The notes beneath the pieces are model-generated. The model did no database searches and was not told where the DNA came from. It saw only the letters and a program-made list of their open reading frames with translations. DNA of 64,000 bases. Origin: Selaginella moellendorffii (taxonomy: Eukaryota; Plantae; Lycopodiophyta). The stretch covers positions 226,368 through 290,367 of the forward strand of contig NW_003314409.1 in the NCBI RefSeq assembly GCF_000143415.4. The letters are read 5' to 3'. Both the position numbers and the translations under genes were made by a program. This document shows, piece after piece, positions 1-13,501 of the stretch (positions within the stretch are counted from its first letter, which is position 1; the number at the start of each line of letters is the position of its first letter).

Positions 1-2464
1 GCCTTTGGGCCTAACCCAATGGTGGTGTTAACAAGCACTGTCGTGGATGAAGAGAGACTTGGTGGGACTGAAGAAAAGACTAAAGGAGAGATATTAGATG
101 GTGTTTTAGGGATGCTAAGTTGTGGTCATGGGATGACTATACATGGACAGATGGCCCAATCTTGGGAAGGCAGGACTGTGGTACAAGTGGTCTTAGATTA
201 CTAATCAGATAATATGAATGGACATAGGTTTATTGTCAATGGCACCTTTGTATGTCTGAAGTGGGATTAGACATGTAAAGCACTTGGATTATGTGCAAAA
301 TTGGTATGGTTTAGAAATCACATCTGAGGGATAACAAATACCCCATGATAGATGAGGACCTATGAAGGTTGTAAGTGAAACTCCTCAAAGGAGTCAAGGG
401 TTTGATTAAGTGACTAAAGTAGAATGACAAATTTAATCATTTACATTAGGTTGCATTTTAGTGGTTGTTCTATGGCTTTATGTGGGTAAAATTAATATGA
501 TCTATTGAATAAAGGCTTATCTAACACTTTTGCAAAACTTAGGGAGCTAAGAACACTTAATCATCCTATATCTTTATAAGTGCAAATTAGATTTCGATGA
601 GTATTTTTACATCTAGTGCTAGATCTATCCCATCTATTGGTTAAGTTCTAGAAAAATAGTCTCTCTCTATAATGAGATGGTGAGGTTTCTTCCATGTGAA
701 TTGTAGTTAAGACAAGGGGTAAAAGAGTTTAAGAAATTTAGTAATTCCATTAGGAGTTCGTCATAAAGAGTCTTTTCACACAAGGAAGATAATTAGCTAT
801 GCCTCTTTTAGGATTCTATGTTTGTATGCTTTTTTTGCATTTCCTTGTATCAAATCTTTTTGGAACATAAATTCATATGCCAATTTCATCCAACAATAGA
901 TGCATTTTCATCATTTGGCTGATCCAAGCCCATAACTAACCACACTGCTACTTAGCACCCCTTACTAGACCCAAAAAGCAGATGCAGTCAAGTTTGACTT
1001 ATTCTGCCTTGGACCAACCATTTTGGGGTTGATACCATTAACCCTACCAACTCTAGCATGGTGCAACCACATGTCCAAGCTTATATTTGTAGCTCTTAAC
1101 TTCATTGATGTTGTATGGTTGCACCATCTTGTTGTACAACTGTTTTTCTGATGGCAACTATCATCTAGAGGCAAGACTCAACTAGATTAGGCTTTAAGCA
1201 AGATGGTTGGATCCAACACTAACTTCCAACATACACTTCTTGTCTTACTTCAATCTGTTACAACCCCTATAGTCTTTAGTTGCTTCTCTAAACCTTCTAA
1301 ACTAAGTCATGGTGAAGGCTATCAACATAAAAAAGGACAATTTACAGCCCTTCTCCACAAGTTGCACAATCTCAAACAAATTCCAAAGGAGAACCTTATG
1401 ATCTTAGTGGAATAAAATTTTGTAAAAGAGAGTAGCCACACAACTTAAGCATTTGTTGCCACTTTGTAAATTGGTAGTCTTCCATATCAAACAGTTTCAT
1501 CTCTATGGGCTCTTATCTAGACCCATACAACTTTACTAACAATTGTAAGAGCTTTCATGAACATTGGTGGAGGTGATGAAAGAAGATATTTGGAGATGAT
1601 GATAAACTTGATGGAGACCTAACCCTGGAGATAGAGGGCAGCCATTTGTGGACCCATATAAATAGATGGACCTTAAAAGTTTCCTTATCTCTCACTTGTT
1701 TATTCCATGTTAGAGGACCACCACATCTGGAACTAAGAGATTGCCTTTGGATGCAATGCTGATATACTCATAAACAATATGAAACTTATGTTAGTTTTCT
1801 GAGCCAAAGTATGATCTAACTATAAGCAGAAATAATTACTTATTTTAAAGAGGTTAAACATTTACTGCTAATAGCACACCATCTCTGCATGCTTTGTGCC
1901 TTGAGAGAAAGAGAGAGGAGAGGGATTCCCCTAACTCCTAATTTTTATAATTTTTAAGTAGGACTTAAAGAAAGAATATTGAAAAACTAAAAGAGAAAAC
2001 TTAGGCTAGAATCACTCCACACTCCATGCTCTAAATACTCTGTGTTGTGAGGGGCTCTTTCTTATATAGTCCTTGGATTATGTTTTATATTTTATTATTG
2101 ATATTATAAACTATTAGTGTCAGCCTTGCCACGGCTGTGGGCAGACTTTCCAATTATTCTTGAATGCATAGGTTACACAAGAAAATATTTTTAAATGGTG
2201 GCAAAAATCTTTACAAGGTGGAGGGTATACTTAAATGTAAGAGTTATATAAAAAATCATTTTATAAAGGTTGTGGAAGATAAAGTTTGTGATACAGTAAG
2301 ATGGATGGGTAATAAGAAAAATACAAGATATAAAAAGGAGAAAGTAGTTTTGAAAGAATTTAGTTTGTTTTGTTTTTTACTTTGATTTCAAATATCAGGT
2401 CATAGAAAAAAAGTGGTTGTAGAATAGTAAAGTGGTAAGGATAGAGGTATAAGGGGATGGTTTT

Positions 2465-2880
<416 letters not shown>

Positions 2881-3272
2881 GTGAACAAATGAGAGAGAGA
2901 GTTCGTTCTTTCACACAGGGGCGCGCCCACAGAGTAGTGCGGTATACATACACACTCCCTCTAATAATAAGAGAAACAAAAATAGAGGTAGCAAGCTATT
3001 TATCTTTAATAGAAAGAACCGAACAGCTTGCCAAAACTGAAGATTCCATCCTAATGTTGGTATTTTTTTAAAAAAATTTTGCCAAGGGTTTAGGCCAAAG
3101 GGTTCCCCATTAAACTTTCCTACCCTTAAAGACCAGCCCGGATGTCAATCACCATGTGGTTGGATTCCTTAAGCCAACCAACAGAGTCAGACCCAAGAAG
3201 GTAATACCATCTAAACCCATTTGAATTAAGAGTATCATCCATTTGATCTCCCAGAAGGGCTAAAGCTAGCTC

Positions 3273-4500
3273 TTGAATACTTATGTTTCTACCTTTGCCA
3301 CGTTAATCCGGCAGTGTGCAGCAATTGGGAGCCTGGTGCGAGCGCGGGATTGCCACTCACGGATCCTCCACAGCCAGCACAGCGGCAACACATTCCTAGG
3401 CAATCTCCTCATCACAATGTATGCCTGTTGTGGGAGGTTGGAGGAGGCAAGGGCAGTGTTTGATGGCCTCGACTTCCCCAATACCTTCTCCTGGAACGCA
3501 GTTGTGTCAGCATACACGCAGGAGCGGCAGCTGAATCGGGAGCTCTTTGATGGGATGCTGGATCACGATGCCGTTTCCTGTAATCTCATAGCCAAGGCGC
3601 ATGCCCAGTCTGGGGATCTGGAATCGGCCAAGCTCTTGTTCGATCACCAAGGAACGTCATCTCTTGGACTGCGATCGTCGCGGACTACTCCCACTCCGGG
3701 CACATCGCTGAGGCAGAGGCGATCTTCCAGAGAATGCTCCACGACACAATCGCCGGGAACGCCATGGTCACAGCACATGCCCATCACTGGCATTTGCGCG
3801 AAGCGTTCACTATCTTCGACACCATGCCGGTCAAGAACGATCTCTCATGGAATTTGATGCTCCAGGCATTCACTGTGAACTCCAGCCCAGAGGACGCGCC
3901 ACATTTCTTCGAATCTGTGCCTTGCCGGAACGTTGTGTCGTGGAACGCTTTACTCGCAGCAGTTGCCCAAAGAAGGCGCTTCGCGGAGGCCAGCAGGACT
4001 TTCGAGATGATGCCACAGCTGGAGCTCGCGTCGTGGAACACCATTATCACCTCCTGGAACACGCTCATCGCTGGCTATGCCGAGAATGGCTCGTACAAAA
4101 CCGCCGTGGAGCTCTTCCGGGAGCTCAACCTCGAGGGACTCAAGCCTACGGAGAGCACTTTCGTGGCTCTACTGTGCAACTGCGGAGAGCTCACGAGCAC
4201 TTCGTGTTGATGATCACCCAGTATGGACTGCGGCCAGAGCTCGATCACTACGGCTGCATGGTGGAGGTCCTGGGCCGAGCAAAGCAGCTGGATCATGCCG
4301 ACGAAATGCCATTCTTCCCAGGACCTGTTGCTTGGACGAGCTACTTGAGCTGCGCAGCATCTCATGGAGCTGGACCCCGAGAACAAGTCGATGTATCAGC
4401 TTCTCTCCAGCACGTACACCGAGAAAGCAGCAGCGCAGCAGCAGCAGCAACAGTGCTCGATGATCGATGGAGAGGTTGTCCCGGAAAGTTTTGAGCAGAA
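3273..4500 (+). pseudogene. PLS-class PPR pseudogene (frameshifted) with S2/E remnant
   Basis: Motifs split over three frames: FLGNLLITMYACCGRLEEARAVFD, SWNTLIAGYAENG, YGLRPELDHYGCMVEVLGRA, MPFFPGPVAWTSYL. Short CAG run near 4426-4452. Confidence 0.88.
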
Positions 4501-4515
4501 AAACTTGTTGCAAAG

Positions 4516-6530
4516 TCACGACGAGGCTGTTGATCCCGCAGTCGAGCCTTTACGCTGGTAAGGGAAGCTTTCCATTGTCTTGTGAAAACGCTCTCGTTCT
4601 AGTTGGAGCTTCCGGCTTCTCAGCATCCGAACGGTGTTTTTGAGCCTGATCATGTCCTGCGTCCTACCAACAGCTTTATAGATGTTGGCCAAGAGCATCC
4701 GAGCGCCGTCCTCGCTCGGATCCAGCTTGAGTGCATTCTCTGCCGCTCGCTCTCCACGCTGGACGTCGCGGTGAATCCCACAGCCACCGAGAAGAGCCCC
4801 CCAGCTCGCAGCATCCAGTTCAAACGGGATAGAACCCAGAAGCACCTCGGCCTCTTCGAGCTGTCCGGACCGGCCGAGGATATCAACCACGCAGCTGTAG
4901 TGCTCGCGGACAGGATCCACGTCGAAGAAAACAATCCCGCGTGGCTGCATCTGCCGAGCACGCTCGTGAAGGTGACTGGAGTGATCCTTCGGCGTTCATG
5001 GCGTAGAAAAACTGCATGGCGTCGGAGAAGCTCTCGGCCAGAGTGTAAGCCGTGAACATCGCGCTGGAGAAGACGACCTCGGAAGACACCGGTGGCATGG
5101 CGTCGAAAGTGTCTCATATACCCGTTCCAGGCATAGCCCGCGATCATGATCGTCCAGGAAACGCAGTCTTACTGTGGCATGCTGGAGAAGAGCTTTCGAG
5201 CTTCGTCGACGTGCCCGTGCAGTCGCCACTGCGATGTTCCACGAGACGATATCCCTCTCCGGCATAGCGTCGAAAGTGTTCCGTAGTTCAGCCATGCTGC
5301 GAGTGAGCCGCCAACATCGTGTTCCAGGCCAGGATGTCTTTCACCACCACTTTGTCGAACACCGCCTCGGCCTCGTCGATTCTCCCGAGCTTACAGTATT
5401 GGCCGTGGTGAGCACCAAGTTGTGGACTGGCATGCGGTCAAGCAAGCTCCTGGGCTCCTCCAAGTGATTGCTCTGAGCGTAGGCGGCGACGAGAGACGTC
5501 CAGCAATGGCGTCCCGCTGCGGCATCTTGTCAAACATCTGTTTTGCTCGGTCCAGATCGCCGCTCTGAGCATACGAGGAGAGAAGAGCTGTGCACAAGAC
5601 GATGTTCTGGACGGGCATCTCCTCGAAGATGAGCCGACCTCTCGGAGCTGGCCGTTTTGCGAGAGGGCCTGGATCATCGCTGTCTGGGAGATGATGTCCT
5701 GGTCGGGCATTCGGGCGAAGATGGCCTTGGCTTGCTCGAGATCCCCCGACTGGATGTGCACTGTGAGCATTGAGGTGAACGCGACGAGATCGTGCTCCGG
5801 CATGTTGCGAAACACCGCGCGAGCTTCTTCAAGCTGCCCGTTCTGGGCACATGCAGCGAGCATGGAAGTCCATGGCAAGAGGTTGCTCTCTGGGATTTTG
5901 TTGAAGATCCCAACTGCTACATGGACGCGGGAGTTTTCGCCATAGGCTTGGATCATTGTAGTCTCAGTGATCGCATTCCTCTCAGGCATCAAAGAGAAGA
6001 GCTTACCTGCGTCCTCCAAATGCCCGTTCCGACCAAGCGCCTGGATCATGACAGTCCACGAGACGACGTCGTGCTGGGGCATGGAATCAAACAGAGGCTT
6101 CGCCTCATCCACGCTGCCGCCGCGAGAACTCGCCGTGATCATTGCGTTCCAGGCCCGGGGCATCCGGTGGAACGTTTCCCGGGCCTGATCCAAGCGGCCG
6201 TTGTGAGCGTAAGCCTGGAGCAAGATGTTCCAGGAGTAGCCTCGGCTCCTGGATAGCATCGAAACCATACCTGGCATCGCGCACGCCCCCGCATTTGCCA
6301 TACATCTCCACGCAGAAATTGGCGAGGAGCTTGTCGTGGCGGCACTCAGCGCTGGCCAAGATCCGAGCGTGGAGCCGCCCCGCCTGCTCCAATTCCCTGC
6401 ACGATCGAAGAAGCGCCAAGAACTGCGAGGAAGGATCGCTCTCCCTCCTCGCATTCTCCATCAAGAGCCCTAGAACAAGATCAAAGCTTTCTTCTCGACG
6501 ATTGCAGGCTGATAGAAGCACAATTAGCAT
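4516..6530 (-). pseudogene. PLS-E class PPR pseudogene, convergent with the previous one
   Basis: LANFCVEMYGKCGGVRDAR; tandem short motifs (MPQHDVVSWTVMIQALGRNGHLEDA); EHYSCVVDILGRSGQLEEAE and E domain (ASWGALLGGCGIH); several frameshifts. Confidence 0.9.
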
Positions 6531-8039
6531 GCTTGAGATGTTAAGAAAAGAGCACTGGCGCCTTTCCCAGGATCATCAACTTTGTTCTTTGTTTGCTCCA
6601 AAAAGGCCAACAATCTTCCAAAATCTGAACACCATTTCTATTATAGATAATTTGAGAATCATGAGAAAAGAGATTCCCAGAAGCATTTAATTCACTGTGA
6701 CCACAGGAGTTTGGAAATGGCCATTTTTTCCAATATAATTTTTAAAGATAAGATAGTATGACAGTCTGAACAATATTAGAAATGAAATTGTTTCCCTAAT
6801 TATCAGTTTATTGAATATATTGTCACTTTAACTCTTAAAGTAATTTAAATCTTGAGGAAATCCTAAGGAAAGTATGGGTTGGACAAGGCCATCACTGTAA
6901 CATTGAATGATGGGCAATTCAAACCTTCTTTTCTTTTTTTTTTCCTTACTTCAATGTTAAGGAGTAGGATCAGTGGGTGGGATGCCAAGTTTTCAAGAAA
7001 GTTAAAGGCCAGAAATCCAACTTGAAGTCATGCCATGCTTGTTGGTGGAATACATATTACTGGCATACTGAAATTGTGAAACTATGGCATTAGGATTTAA
7101 AATGCTTTGGTTGTTTTGTGTTTATGTTCTTTCACTTTTTATTTAGTCCAACTATCTATATTATCTAATCTATGCTCTTAAGAAAGACTCAAATGTAACT
7201 GGATGACCTTGGATGGATGGAGTGAGAATAAGCATCTTGTATTGCAAAGTTTAAGCTTGACTAGCTTCTTTTTGCCACCGCCTAACACTATATCTTGATG
7301 AGGAACACTTTCAAGTTTCTTCCACGCTCACACACTCAATATAAACCATCTGTATGTGATTTAACATTACTTTAACAAAGGAGCATATGGAAAAATAGAT
7401 TGAGTGTCTACATATACTACAGTGAAGCTGGTGTAATCTACTGAGGACCCACATGTTCTTATGTATTCTACATCAAGACCTACTCAAATTTGAGAAAATT
7501 TTAGATGTATGACTTTCAAGTCACCAACTTTGCTTCTTGTTTGATTGGAATCTCATTTTCCACCACAATTTATTTGCTGTAGCTCTTCATAGGAACTTAC
7601 AAAAGGCTTTGAAAACCCTTCTAGCATCATTATGTATTTATTCTTTGAAAGCTTTGCTCCTGTTTAAGCATCTTCTCAAATCAAGCCTTCATCTTGGTGC
7701 TAATGACATGGTTATTAATATTTATGACTTGAAGAGTGGTCTCCTTTAGTTTTCTAAGCTCGAACTTGTGGCTTTATTTGTTTGCAATCTTTGGTACAAC
7801 TTGGAATGCATGTAGATCATTTATCTCAAAATCACTTTTTAAATCTTACTACTTCATGAATCATAATTGCCATTATCGCTTATGGAAAATTCTTCTACCA
7901 CCCTTGCAAGATTTTATTGCACAATTATCTTGACTCACTTCTTTTCATCGTGTCATCTATATTCTCTCTACCATAAAAACCTATAGTAATGTGCTTTGAG
8001 AGTCTTTTAATACTTAATGAGGAGCTTTCCATAAAGCTG

Positions 8040-8990
8040 CTTGTAAGTCTGTCGACCATAATATAATATAACCATCATTTTCTACTACAAGCCCAACTGT
8101 TTTTATACAATCAGGTTTTATTTTACAATATTTGAAGCCTTAACAAAAATCTTGTCCCCAATATATACATCTGAGTTGTAAAGAATATTGATTGGGCATG
8201 GAGAATGTGTATAAATGCCAGATTCATATAACACTCTTTCTCCATCTAGCATATCGTATAGGACAAAATTGCAATCTACCTGTATGATAAATCGATACCT
8301 AGCATTCTTGGATTGAAAGATATATGGATCACTAACAAATGATCCCAAGGATTTAAAACCACTAATTATGATTGTTTCAAAAGGCCTACAATCTTCTAAA
8401 TCTGAATACCAATCTTGGATTTGATAATAACTCTTGTTATGAGTAATTTAGGGCTGGATTGAAGGAGTATAAGGAGGAAAGGGACTTGAAATATTCCAAT
8501 AGTTATTATAAGTGTTTAATTCATTATGTTCACTTTTGTCAATAGGCCATGAAACATAATCAATTCCTAAGAGTTTAGATATAACTAACATTGTTCCATA
8601 ACCATTCACCCGTGCTTGGGGGATGATGATTTTAAGAATTTGCATATATTCATATCTCATAATATTAGAAGATAGTGCAATAGACTCGTCAGGAGACACT
8701 GAACAAGTGATGGCTATCATTGAAGGAGCAATACTGAAGAACCAAAGATGTATAGTAACATAATAATTATCTGTGATTGCAATATTATATCTAAAGCTTC
8801 ACCCCGCAGAGTAAAAAGCAAATTTTTGAAGAGAATTGATAAAAGAAGAAATAGCACTTGTGACTTTCCTTGTTTCCAATTGGGAAAATTGCCCAGGATG
8901 TCAAGCATCCAGGATTGTCATGCTAGAGATATGCAAGAAAAATCCTATTAATATAATGATAGTTAAAGCATACACCAGACTCCTCATTAT
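8040..8990 (-). pseudogene. Decayed intronless AT-rich gene with C-terminal bulb-type (GNA-like) mannose-binding lectin domain, copy 1
   Basis: QVDCNFVLY matches the QxDxNxVxY GNA motif. Upstream ORF pieces join through in-frame stops and one frameshift. Homologous to 23900-24600. Confidence 0.6.
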
Positions 8991-9539
8991 TAACAACTTT
9001 ATTATGAAAATGTGGAAACCAATTAATCACAAAATTAATCAATAGGAGAGCTCACCTTTTTTATCAAAGCTCAATATAATGAAAAAATATATGTTGGTTG
9101 GTTCTACATAGCTTGTGTAGATCTAATTTTTTTCCCAGCCAAAAGAGATTGGTAGTGGACGAAAAATACCTTAATTTGTATCACTTTTCAAAATGTTTGA
9201 ACTATTCCTTGGAGAATTGCTTTATGTAGAAGTGGGCCATTTTTCATCAGTTTGTATCAACATGTTAACTTGTGGAGCCTTTGAAAATGTTAGCTATCAA
9301 TAAGTAGACAGAAGGATTGCTAAGGGTTACAAGCCCAATGCCATAGCCTGTAACAATAGAGAAAAAATTCTATTGTGTACTTTATTTAATGAAATGAGAA
9401 AATTAAAAACTAACACTCAATTGATATTATGGTATGGCTTTTGTTTGTGATTTGTTTATAATAGAGTAGTATTGCCTAGTAAATTCTGAATAAGTACAAA
9501 AATTAATAATTTTATACACTTTTGATCTTTCTCTCTCTC

Positions 9540-10260
9540 TCTAGACACACTATATAGCATAGACCATATATTTAGAATATTAATATATTCCTAAAGTGAC
9601 TATATAAATATTATTGATAAATATATTAATAAAAGTAATACCTGGGAATGTGAATATATTTAGAACACTAAGATTTTAAAATTCTTAATAACCAACCAAA
9701 AAGAAAGTAAAATAAAAATTTCTAATATTAATTTTTTATAGCTATTAGAATATGAATATATTTAGTACACTCCAGACCAAAAATATAAAAGAATAATTAC
9801 TAAAACAGAATTTTACTAATTAGATGTTACATGTAAAGTATGTTTTCTTGGGATATAAGAATCCTAAAATGTTAAGAAAACTAATATATTACTACCTAGA
9901 CTAAAAAAACAGTAAATAAAAATTAATAGGATTAATTATCATTAATTTGGGAATCATTATTTAATTTTTATTTGTTTACTTAGAATATGAATAAAAATAT
10001 AACTAAAATTCTAAGAACATTAATATATTACTCAGACCCAAAAAAGTGAACCTAGAAATAAAACAATTGTATATACTCTTGAACTCAAGCACCTAGAAAG
10101 AGAATATAAATAAATTTACTTAATATTTAATTAATATAGATATTAGCAAAGAATTACTATGCCATATGCTTTACTTAGAATATAGAACAATAAAATTGTA
10201 AGAACACTAATATTACTACCCAGACCTAGGTAAAACTAAGACAAAAATATAAAAAATAAT
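9540..10260. repeat. AT-rich degenerate tandem-like repeat (~100-bp period)
   Basis: Recurring blocks TAGAATATGAATA / AAGAACACTAATAT / CCAGACC near 9643, 9747, 9850, 9980 and 10174. Confidence 0.5.
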
Positions 10261-10867
10261 TGTTATAAATTATATTCCATAGTACTAATAAACTATGTTT
10301 GTAGTTATTCAAAAGATTTATAAAGGTTATAAAGACTAAGCTAAACCTTGAGCATTAACCTCATGTTAAAATGTAAGTCTCATGCCTAGAGAGAGGCAAT
10401 CCATATAGAATTGTTGTGATTTCCCAATCAATACAACAGTACAAACAAGGAATTTCCTTATCAATTAGTGAGGTATCTATCAATCATATACATAAAGAAG
10501 AAAAATGTATAACAGGCTATCTTAATTATATTTACTAATTGAGTTAAGTTTAAGTTAAAATGAATTTTAATCATAGTATCCAAGCTAGGAAACAATATTC
10601 TTGACCCAATGGTTTTGCAACCTGAGCAACATCTACTGCACAATCACTAGTAGACTTGGTAGCCATGTCCTATAGGAACCCCAAGAGCTCTTGTTCTTGT
10701 GCTTACACAATCCCTTATATGAGGAGTTTTCCAAGAGAAAACAAAAATTGATAAGTATGCAAGAGGGCTATAGACCTATAGTAGGCAACATTTTTTGTCA
10801 CTTGCAATCCATGGTTGTGCCTCAACAATTCTCTGCCCTAGCATCTAATCTCCTAGATCTACATCTA

Positions 10868-11300
10868 TATAGCATACTTGAATTTGAAGCTAAACTCTAA
10901 ACTTATTGTGCTATAATACGAGGGTCTAATACACACTCAATATCCTTTTATAAACATTAACTCTTTATATCTAGCTCTTGTATGTAAAGCAATGTCAAAT
11001 GATATCTAGTACAATTTTGGCATACTAATGGCTTAACATGAGGGGTACTATTGACTATAGTACCATGGAGTTTAGGGTTAAACCCAAATTAGACTTAGAA
11101 TAAGGAATGACACAACCCAGTGGAAGACAAATTAATGTGTTAAATGCTCTACCATACTTCTAACCACTATCTTTATTACATTTAAAACTCCCCACAATGC
11201 CCTAGTTCTAAAAGTTAGTTTCAAAGACAAGCTTGAAAACTTATTAAATATAAAATAAAACTAGATTGTGAATCAAGATGTGAGAACAATACTATAGTTA
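10868..11300 (-). mobile_element. Degenerate LTR remnant, family A
   Basis: Collinear with 14206-14680 (e.g. gaatttgaagctaaactc vs gaatttggagccaaactc; ttctaaccactatc; ctagattgtgaat), with many C>T/G>A changes. Confidence 0.8.
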
Positions 11301-12988
11301 ACAAATGAGTTTCTTTAATCAGGTCAAATGTGTTTGACTAATAGCATTTAGGAATTTCATCTTTATGCTTATTTGGTCAAGTGCACATGTGATAACTAAT
11401 TTCTCAATTAGTTTACAAAAGGAATCAACAATACTAATCTCTTGCTTGTAAGCTTCTGAATTTAAACTTCTTGAGAGGTCATTCAACTCAATACTATTCA
11501 AACTTAAAGATGGTTAACAATAAATGTCCCAAAACTATTAATCAATTTAAAAAGGGGGTACACTTTGTTCATGTGCCCTTTCCTTTTATATTTGAACCCT
11601 TATAGATAGTTTCTCAAGTTGTTTTCTTTGATTATTTATATTGCCACTATAGTAATAAGGAGAGAATATTGATAAGGATTAACCAAAAAATATTTTTTGA
11701 TACCAAAAATCACATTCACAACAGCCCACAAATCCACATGGTTCAAACTAAGTGCCAATCACAAATTAGATCAATCAATTTCCCAAGACACTTAGTTGCT
11801 AGATAGCACTACTTATGGCACTCCATTACTCTAGAGTGCTGGCCATAGTGCTCCATTATTAATCCAGCCCTAGGGAAATTTGCAAAAGGATGGATAAGAC
11901 TTTAGAGACAACATCCAAGTGCTGCAGATTACAATCTCTCCTCCATTTGCAGTGTCAATGAATGTGATTCCTTTCACAATTCTAACCATGACTCCAACAG
12001 TTTAACTCTACTTGCTATTCAGTGAGTGTAGCAAGATTTTAGTTGCAGATAATTCATTTTCCCTACTACAAAGAATTCTAACAATCAAATAATAAAATTT
12101 TGTTGATTTTGATGCAAATATTATTTTCTTTAATGTTTCTTTTCTTGGAGATGGCTTTGCTTGCTATTCTAGTGCTTGCTACTCACTAGACTAATCAAGC
12201 CTTAGAGGACTATGCCAGACTCAGTGATTAGGGTGTGAACATCCAGCAATAGATCTTTGTTTGTTAAAATTGATGGTTTGATTGAATTTTTACTTTGAAT
12301 TGAACAATCTAGATTTTTTGATAAAAAAATAGGGAATTCATATGGCTCATGTGTGGATGACACAAACTATAATGAATATCATCCAAATATCATGTTCATT
12401 GTTCATTACCTATTTATGATCTATGAAACCAATGATTGATTGTGAAATTTACATAAAATCATACAAATCCAATTCTATTCATAGACTATGAAATCCTCTT
12501 TTTCCTATGATTTTGGCATAAAGAAAATCACATTATTTTCAACTTAAGTTATTTCCTTATATCAATGAGTGTACATACTTCAAACTTACATAGTTTTTAT
12601 TATACCCTTCTACGTATAGTCTTTCAATTTTAATTTGATAAAAAAAATGATGTTTTTATAATAGGCTATCCAACCTAGCTGTATATAAAGTAGTAAATTT
12701 TATTTAATATTTACCTCTTGTTAAGTAAAATCATATTTGCTTTCCTTACTATACAAATTATGTTTCTTAGTTTTTTAAACACATTCATCAAGTGCTTGGA
12801 ATACTCCTCTAGCATCTCATTATAGATTAGGATATCATCAATTTAGACAACAATAAAGTGATTTAAATAGGGTACAAAGATTTGATACATTAATGCCGAG
12901 AATGTTGTTATTTAATGAACTTTCAATAGTAGTTGTATAGCCCTAAAAATGCCCTTAACTCGTATATGTTCAATAGTCATTGTATCAT

Positions 12989-13374
12989 TTAAACCTTCTT
13001 AGGATCCACTTTAAGCCTGTCCTTGCTTACCATATGCTCAAAAGATTTTACCTTTTGTTGGTTGAAGTTACATTTGCTCTCTATAGCATATAACTTGTGT
13101 TCCCTTAGTTTCTCAAACATGTTCATCAGGTGTTTAGCATATTTCTTTAATGTCTCACTATAGATTAAGATATCGTTAATGTAAATGACCACAAAATGAT
13201 CCAAATAAGGTACAAAGATGTATTTCTACATTGACGACCATAAAATGATCCAAATAAGGTACAAAGATGTATTTTTGCATTGACGACCACAAAATGATCC
13301 AAATAAGGTACAAAGATGTATTTTATCAACATCGAGAACATCATTGGTGCATTAGATAGCCATAAGGGCATCAC
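12989..13374 (-). mobile_element. Ty3/gypsy reverse transcriptase fragment (family B-like)
   Basis: MPLWLSNAP...YLDHFVVIYINDILIYSETLKKYAKHLMNMFEKLREHKLYA closely resembles the RT at 42840-43130. Confidence 0.9.
13187..13324. repeat. 49-bp tandem triplication inside RT fragment
   Basis: Units start at 13187, 13236 and 13285 (gaccayaaaatgatccaaataaggtacaaagatgtattt). Confidence 0.95.
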
Positions 13375-13429
13375 TCAAACAAGAGTGCACCCCCTTTTCC
13401 AATCGGTTAAGGGTCTTGGGATATTTGGG

Positions 13430-13484
13430 ATTAAGTGTCCTTCGGTGTGAATAGTACTGGGCTGGGTGACCTCCCGGGAAGTCC
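13430..13484 (+). promoter_or_regulatory. 5S rRNA-derived internal control region fragment (A-box/IE/C-box), Cassandra-like
   Basis: ATTAAGTGTCCTTCGGTGTGAATAGTACTGGGCTGGGTGACCTCCCGGGAAGTCC aligns ungapped to the plant 5S core recalled from memory (about 45 of 55 nt). The 5S 5' and 3' ends are absent; TTACA follows at 13497-13501. Confidence 0.85.
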
Positions 13485-13501
13485 AAACTCAGGAGCTTAC
13501 A

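Noticed and set aside
13187-13324. CRISPR-like array
   Set aside because: Contiguous tandem copies with no unique spacers, inside an RT in a eukaryotic context.
13430-13484. Functional 5S rRNA gene
   Set aside because: Only 55 of ~120 nt present; no 5' part, terminal stem or oligo-T terminator.
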